Shown piece after piece: positions 63,040-64,000 of a DNA stretch of 64,000 bases; position 1 is the stretch's first letter; every line of letters starts with the position of its first letter. Source of the stretch: Lobosporangium transversale (lineage: Eukaryota); contig NW_019028989.1 in assembly GCF_002105155.1 (NCBI RefSeq), positions 1 through 64,000 of the forward strand. Reading direction: 5' to 3'. The notes below the pieces were generated by a model. The model was not told where the DNA came from and did no database searches. It saw only the letters and a list, made by a program, of their open reading frames with translations. The translations under genes were made by a program, and so were the position numbers.

Positions 63040-63074
<35 letters not shown>

Positions 63075-63671
63075 GAGGAAAGAAAAGAATAAGATTACTA
63101 TATTAAAAGAATTTAGTTTACTTTGATGGCCCTGTAGTTTCTCTCCTGCTCTCCTCACTATCCATGACAATCTCGATATCCTAGAAAAAAAAAAAAAATA
63201 AAATGAAATAAAACACGATCATATAAGAATACAGAAAGTACATGGGGAAGTGGAAAGGAGTTTTGGTAGTATAGATCACGAAAGACGATCGTGCTGGTTA
63301 GTAATTTTTTTTAATTTTTTTATAAAAAAGACTTACTGATTCACTATCTTCTTCAGATTCCTCGTCATCATCCTCTTCTTCAGCATCTTCTTCACCATCT
63401 CCAGCTTCGCTTTGATCCTCATTATTGCTCGTTTCTGTTCCTGTTCCTGTTCCCCCAGCTCCAGCTTTCTTATTTGTCGAACTACTGCCGTCTGTTTTTG
63501 CTGCTTCTTCTTCTGCTGATTGTGTAGCTGAGGTTGTTCCAGACGTGACTCGAACCTCGGTCGAACTAGATGAAGTAAAAAGATTAAGCGCATTCCCAAG
63601 GAAGAAAGGAAAAGGTAAATAAAGGTGATTCCAAGGTTCTGCACGCTCTTCTCATTTTCTTTTCCTTTTGT

Positions 63672-63724
<53 letters not shown>

Positions 63725-63986
63725 GGAAAACATACTTGGATCCCCCGCCTCCTACACCATAAAGGTCGAAAGATTCTGTATCTTGTGCTAATAAGAAGAT
63801 GGCGTTAAAATCGGTAAGAGCGATCATATTAGTTTCATTTGATAAAAAAAAAGATTATGGAGAGCTTTGTTTCCCACCTCTCTCCTTTTCGCCATGGAAA
63901 AAAAACTCATGTGGCTAACCTTCTATTGTTGGAGTAGGTACATTTGTAGGTTCTGATGAGCCGTACAGAAATTCGTCATCGTCCAT
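61022..63986 (-). CDS. FIP1: Pre-mRNA 3'-end processing factor Fip1
   Basis: N-terminal MDDDEFLYG (ATG 63986; the true start could lie beyond the window edge). Fip1 motif [31 protein letters not shown]-rich and RD/RS-rich C-terminus; last exon ends at TAA 61022. Confidence 0.95.
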
Positions 63987-64000
63987 GTCATCTGGTATGT

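Overview
Eukaryotic, intron-rich fungal DNA. The Crinkler genes, MULE, chromovirus, GH9 and very long poly-T intron tracts suggest Mucoromycota, probably Mortierellaceae (inference, not verified). There are two accessory islands. (1) About 1-16 kb is a graveyard of frameshifted genes: two with different PD-(D/E)xK-like C-termini sharing one N-terminal header, a chimeric Crinkler NTPase-REase pseudogene, a dead MULE transposase, tandem repeats and a hairpin. (2) About 26.4-32.3 kb holds an apparently intact Crinkler (Ubl-NTPase-REase) gene and a chromovirus 3' remnant, bracketed by two copies of a Tourist/PIF-like TIR element; the catalytic exons are themselves flanked by two copies of a small hairpin element. 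The remaining genes are an intronless ~230-aa orphan, a membrane-anchored GH9 endoglucanase, a Kch-family K+ transporter, ALG5, PDB1, NSA2, PUT2, an atypical C2H2 factor behind a ~9.5 kb gene-free region, MRPL20, DPY30 (missed by the ORF track), YCG1 and FIP1. Exon boundaries were read by eye and may be off by a few bases. No database searches were run.
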